DNA of 9,687 nt. Source: an uncultured Gammaproteobacteria bacterium (GTDB taxonomy: Bacteria > Patescibacteriota > Patescibacteriia > UBA2591 > UBA6264). The position numbers and the translations under genes are program-made. Location of the stretch: contig CAZTWG010000019.1 of assembly GCA_964617525.1 (NCBI GenBank), positions 1 through 9,687 on the forward strand, in the 5' to 3' direction. Shown here piece after piece: positions 6,312 through 9,687 of the stretch (its first letter is position 1; every line of letters starts with the position of its first letter). The notes below the pieces were generated by a model. It made no database searches. It was given only the letters and a program-made list of their open reading frames with translations, and was not told the origin of the DNA.

Positions 6312-6743
6312 ATGTTTATTGGGGAATATCATCATTCAATAGATGAGAAAAATAGGTTGGCAGTCCCAACAAAATTTAGATTAGATTTATCAAAAGGGGC
6401 AGTTGTCACTAGAGGAATAGACAGTTGTCTTTTTTTATACACTAAAAAAGAATGGGAAAAATTGGCCATTAAATTAGCTGATATGCCTATTAGTAAGTCC
6501 AAGACAAGAGCCTTTGCACGATTAATGTTGGCAGGAGCTATGGATGTTAATATAGACAAACAGGGAAGGGCTATTATACCCGATTATTTACGTCGTTACG
6601 CTGGCATTGGGAAGAAAACAGTCGTAGCTGGTCTTTACAATCGGTTGGAAATTTGGGACGAAAAGAAGTGGGAAGAGTATAAGCTTAAGTCAGAGTCTAA
6701 TAGCGAAGATATTGCCGAGAGTTTGGCCGAGCTAGGAGTTTAA
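6312..6743 (+). CDS. mraZ: Transcriptional regulator MraZ
   Basis: 143 aa. Two MraZ/SpoVT-AbrB-type repeats with DXXXR motifs: MFIGEYHHSIDEKNRLAVPTKFR and NIDKQGRAIIPDYLR. It occupies the canonical first position of the dcw cluster, directly before rsmH. Confidence 0.93.
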   Translation: MFIGEYHHSIDEKNRLAVPTKFRLDLSKGAVVTRGIDSCLFLYTKKEWEKLAIKLADMPISKSKTRAFARLMLAGAMDVNIDKQGRAIIPDYLRRYAGIGKKTVVAGLYNRLEIWDEKKWEEYKLKSESNSEDIAESLAELGV

Positions 6744-6755
6744 ATTAATTTAATT

Positions 6756-7628
6756 ATGCACGTTCCAGTATTATTAGACGAAGTGTTAGAATACTTGCGA
6801 CCAGAAGCGGGCCAAAATTTTATTGATTGCACTATCGGAGGGGGAGGCCATAGTTTTAAAATTTTATCTTACACTAAACCCAATGGCAAAGTTTTAGGCA
6901 TAGATTTATCACCTGAAGCTATAGAAAAAATTGACAACCAAAGAAGGATGCTAGATGTTAGAGAAAGAATTATTTTAGCTAATGATAATTTTGCAAATTT
7001 ACAAGAAATAGTTGAACGAAATAGTTTTTCTCCCGTTCATGGCATCTTACTAGACTTAGGGTTATCTTCTGATTTGATAGAAAGCAGTGGTAGGGGTTTT
7101 AGTTTTATGAGGGATGAGATTCTAGATATGAGATTTAAACCGGAATCAAATAGCTTAACTGCTCAGCAAATTATTAATCAATATTCTGAAAAAACTTTAA
7201 GAGAAATTTTTTGGAGATATGGAGAGGAAAGATACTCTTCTAGAATTGCTCAAGAAATAGTTAAAAGTAGAAAAAGAAAAAAGATAGAAACTAGCGCTCA
7301 GCTTTCCAAACTAATTAAAGATACTTTAGGTTTTCGTTTCCAAATTAAAGTTTTAGCTCGCATTTTTCAATCATTACGCATTGTAGTGAATCAAGAGTTA
7401 GAAAATTTACGGCAAGCTTTAGCTTCTAGTCTTAATATTTTGTCACCTTCTGGCCGAATAGTTGTCATTAGTTATCATACATTAGAGGACAGAATAGTTA
7501 AAAGATTTTTTAAAGAAGAAGATTCATTTAAAATTTTAACTAAAAAACCAATAACCCCTAGTAATGAAGAGGTTAAAAAAAATCCGCGATCACGAAGTGC
7601 AAAATTAAGGGTTGCGGAAAAAATATAA
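6756..7628 (+). CDS. rsmH: 16S rRNA (cytosine1402-N4)-methyltransferase RsmH (MraW)
   Basis: HVPVLLDEVLEYL, SAM-binding DCTIGGGGHS, LLDLGLSS, GRGFSF, LDMRF, SYHTLEDRIVKRFF, and C-terminal NPRSRSAKLRVAEK. It lies 12 nt after mraZ. Confidence 0.93.
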   Translation: MHVPVLLDEVLEYLRPEAGQNFIDCTIGGGGHSFKILSYTKPNGKVLGIDLSPEAIEKIDNQRRMLDVRERIILANDNFANLQEIVERNSFSPVHGILLDLGLSSDLIESSGRGFSFMRDEILDMRFKPESNSLTAQQIINQYSEKTLREIFWRYGEERYSSRIAQEIVKSRKRKKIETSAQLSKLIKDTLGFRFQIKVLARIFQSLRIVVNQELENLRQALASSLNILSPSGRIVVISYHTLEDRIVKRFFKEEDSFKILTKKPITPSNEEVKKNPRSRSAKLRVAEKI

Positions 7629-7632
7629 TTTT

Positions 7633-7956
7633 ATGATATTGTCTAGAAAACAATTTAAAAAATCTCGTTTCAATTATTCAGTCCTAAATTATCTTTCGCT
7701 GGGAATTCTCTTATTGGTTGTTGTTGTTTCTCTAATCCAAGTTAATGCTGGAGTTTATACTAGTCTAGAAATTAATCAGTTAAAGGAAGAGTTTAAGAAA
7801 TTGCAGGTAGAGAACGAATTATTATTGGAAAAAGAAGCCACCGTCAAGTCTATGGGGAGCCTAAATGAATTGTCGCGAGAGCTAAATATGGTTGAAGTGG
7901 TTGCTGTTAGTTATTTAAGCCCAAGCACAGATACCTTGGCTCGGCTTTCTCGGTAA
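7633..7956 (+). CDS. ftsL: Cell division protein FtsL-like (bitopic, coiled-coil)
   Basis: Position between rsmH and ftsI. Basic N-terminus, a single TM (LSLGILLLVVVVSLIQV), then a heptad-rich coiled coil (LEINQLKEEFKKLQVENELLLEKE) and an FtsL-like C-terminal ELNMVEV...SYL. I prefer ATG 7633 (4 nt after the rsmH stop) to the track's TTG 7612, which overlaps rsmH by 17 nt. Confidence 0.7.
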   Translation: MILSRKQFKKSRFNYSVLNYLSLGILLLVVVVSLIQVNAGVYTSLEINQLKEEFKKLQVENELLLEKEATVKSMGSLNELSRELNMVEVVAVSYLSPSTDTLARLSR

Positions 7957-7968
7957 TTTTACTTAAAT

Positions 7969-9687
7969 ATGAAAGGACGTTTTAAATTTATTATTATTGT
8001 AACTTTTATTTGTGGCGCTTTAATTTTGGGGCGCCTTTTCCAATTGCAGGTTATAGATCATAATTTTAATTCACCGGTTATCAGCGAAGAAACAGTACCA
8101 GCTCCAAGGGGGCGAATATTTATTAAAGAGAAGGAGGGTCTTTTCCCTTTGACCTTAAACCTTAATCAATATCATTTAATTGTTGACCCTCAGGCGATCC
8201 AGAAAGAAGATAAGGTTATGGAAGTGGCAGAAAAAATAGCTCCCTTTTTAGGCATTGTTATTAAAAATAAATCTCAATTTATTCAAGAGGATTCGGGAAC
8301 TGATGATTTCAAAAACTTATTATCGCGACTTTCTCGTAAAGACGATCGCTATGAATTATTAAAAAAAGACCTAACGACCCAGGAGTTTGAAGAAATTAAA
8401 AGCTTTAATCTTCCTGGTATTTTTTTAAATCCTGTTCTTAAGCGTTATTATCCAGAAGCAGAATTTTTTGGGCATTTAACTGGTTTCACCAGGATTATAG
8501 ATGGGAAGCAGAGAGGTCAGTATGGTTTAGAAGAATTTTTTGACAAGGATCTAACAGGTACTGCTGGTCGCCAAGTCAAAAAATTATCATCTTTCCCAAT
8601 TTATTTTACGGATAAGAAGGCTAAGCCTGGTGTAGATATAGTTTTGACTATAGACCGTTCTTTACAATTTTTTGTTTGCAATTTATTGGAAAGGGCAATA
8701 AAGGATTATAAGGCTGACTCTGGGTCAATAATCTTATTATCTCCAAAAACTGGAGCTATTTTAGCCTTAGCTAATTACCCATATTTTGACCCTAATAAAT
8801 ATTTTCAGGTGGAAGATTTGTCTATATTCAAAAATTCAACCATTTCTGATTCTTTCGAGCCAGGTTCTATATTTAAAATAATTACAATGGCTGGGGGATT
8901 GGATTCAAATAAGGTTACACCGACTAGTCTTTTTACAGATGCGGGATTTGTAAAAATTGATGGGGAGACTATTCATAATGTTGATGACGAAAATTTTGGT
9001 ATAGTTACTATGAGAGAAATTATGGAAGAATCAATTAATACTGGCGCAGTTTATGTAGCTGACCTATTGGGGAGAGAATCATTTAGGAATTATTTAAAAA
9101 AATTTGGTTTTGGTAGCTTAACTGGTATTGAACTAACAGGAGAAGTTTCGGGTGACATTAATAATTTAGAAAGAGAACAGCCAATATATTTAGCTACTGC
9201 TTCTTTTGGGCAGGGGGTTTCAGTTACCCCCCTACAAATGGTTACGGCTGTAGGCGCTATTGCTAATTCTGGACAATTAATGAAACCTTTTATTGTTGAT
9301 GAAATTATAGATGGAGACAAAATAATTAAAAAGGATATAAAGCCGATTAGGAATGTAATTTCTCCGTCAGCAGCAGCTATGATTTCAAATATAATGGTTT
9401 CAGTTGTGGACAATGGTTATGGAAGTAGGGCTAGAGTCCCTGGATATCTAGTGGCTGGCAAAACGGGGACTGCTCAGGTTCCAGAATCGGAGGGAGGATA
9501 TTCTGACGAGGTTGTTCATTCTTTTGTTGGTTTTGCGCCAGCAACAAATCCTGTATTTGCAGCTTTAGTTAAAATAGATAATCCCAAAGAAGAACGTTTC
9601 GCGGCCACTACTGCTGCTACTGTGTTTGGCGATTTAGCCGAATTTGTGTTAAAATATTATAATATACCTCCAGACGCAGAACATGGG
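7969..9687 (+). CDS. ftsI: Class B penicillin-binding protein / peptidoglycan D,D-transpeptidase FtsI (3'-partial, runs off the window)
   Basis: Not in the supplied track because no stop is reached. My manual frame-1 translation from ATG 7969 gives 573 codons with no stop. N-terminal TM FIIIVTFICGALILG, then LFQLQVID. Catalytic SxxK = S-I-F-K (8866-8877), SxN = S-I-N (9031-9039), KTG(T) (9460-9471). Canonical position after ftsL. Confidence 0.9.
   Translation, partial: MKGRFKFIIIVTFICGALILGRLFQLQVIDHNFNSPVISEETVPAPRGRIFIKEKEGLFPLTLNLNQYHLIVDPQAIQKEDKVMEVAEKIAPFLGIVIKNKSQFIQEDSGTDDFKNLLSRLSRKDDRYELLKKDLTTQEFEEIKSFNLPGIFLNPVLKRYYPEAEFFGHLTGFTRIIDGKQRGQYGLEEFFDKDLTGTAGRQVKKLSSFPIYFTDKKAKPGVDIVLTIDRSLQFFVCNLLERAIKDYKADSGSIILLSPKTGAILALANYPYFDPNKYFQVEDLSIFKNSTISDSFEPGSIFKIITMAGGLDSNKVTPTSLFTDAGFVKIDGETIHNVDDENFGIVTMREIMEESINTGAVYVADLLGRESFRNYLKKFGFGSLTGIELTGEVSGDINNLEREQPIYLATASFGQGVSVTPLQMVTAVGAIANSGQLMKPFIVDEIIDGDKIIKKDIKPIRNVISPSAAAMISNIMVSVVDNGYGSRARVPGYLVAGKTGTAQVPESEGGYSDEVVHSFVGFAPATNPVFAALVKIDNPKEERFAATTAATVFGDLAEFVLKYYNIPPDAEHG

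Noticed and set aside
6332-6559. Minus-strand 75-aa ORF
   Set aside because: It is antisense inside mraZ, which is unambiguous on the + strand.
7612-7632. TTG 7612 as the ftsL start (as in the ORF track)
   Set aside because: It would overlap rsmH by 17 nt and use a rare start. ATG 7633 lies 4 nt after the rsmH stop, matching the 4-nt junction pattern seen elsewhere in the window.
9090-9413. Minus-strand 107-aa ORF, the only track ORF in the last 1.7 kb
   Set aside because: It lies wholly inside the + strand ftsI reading frame, which carries the SxxK/SxN/KTG motifs. It is an antisense artefact.
9405-9413. Near DnaA box TGTGGACAA (8/9) inside ftsI
   Set aside because: It is a single mismatched copy in coding sequence (it encodes V-V-D-N) and is consistent with chance.

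Overview
AT-rich (roughly one-third G+C by eye), very compact window. Every credible gene is on the + strand. The left ~6 kb is a co-directional array with junctions from a 1-nt overlap to 27 nt. It encodes a ~14-TM polytopic membrane protein (ORF open to the left edge), a signal-anchored 203-aa protein, a 62-aa two-TM peptide, RmuC, an amino-acid permease and a compact, divergent acetate kinase. The only real intergenic region (6071-6311) holds a hairpin+T5 terminator and a near-consensus sigma70-type promoter (TTGCCT-17-TATAAT). It also holds a dense set of GTGG-core motifs: three perfect copies of the DnaA-box consensus TTATCCACA(G) plus 10-bp-phased MraZ-type repeats. The right ~3.4 kb is the 5' end of the division/cell-wall (dcw) cluster, mraZ-rsmH-ftsL-ftsI. 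ftsI (class B PBP) runs off the right edge, so it is missing from the supplied ORF track. TGA is used as a stop (standard code 11). I saw no tRNA/rRNA, CRISPR, transposase or integrase signatures. The gene style (tiny junctions, no Shine-Dalgarno motifs, shortened enzymes) suggests a streamlined genome such as a CPR/Patescibacteria-type bacterium, but that is inference only. The most unusual signal is the composite DnaA-box/MraZ-box architecture at the dcw promoter.
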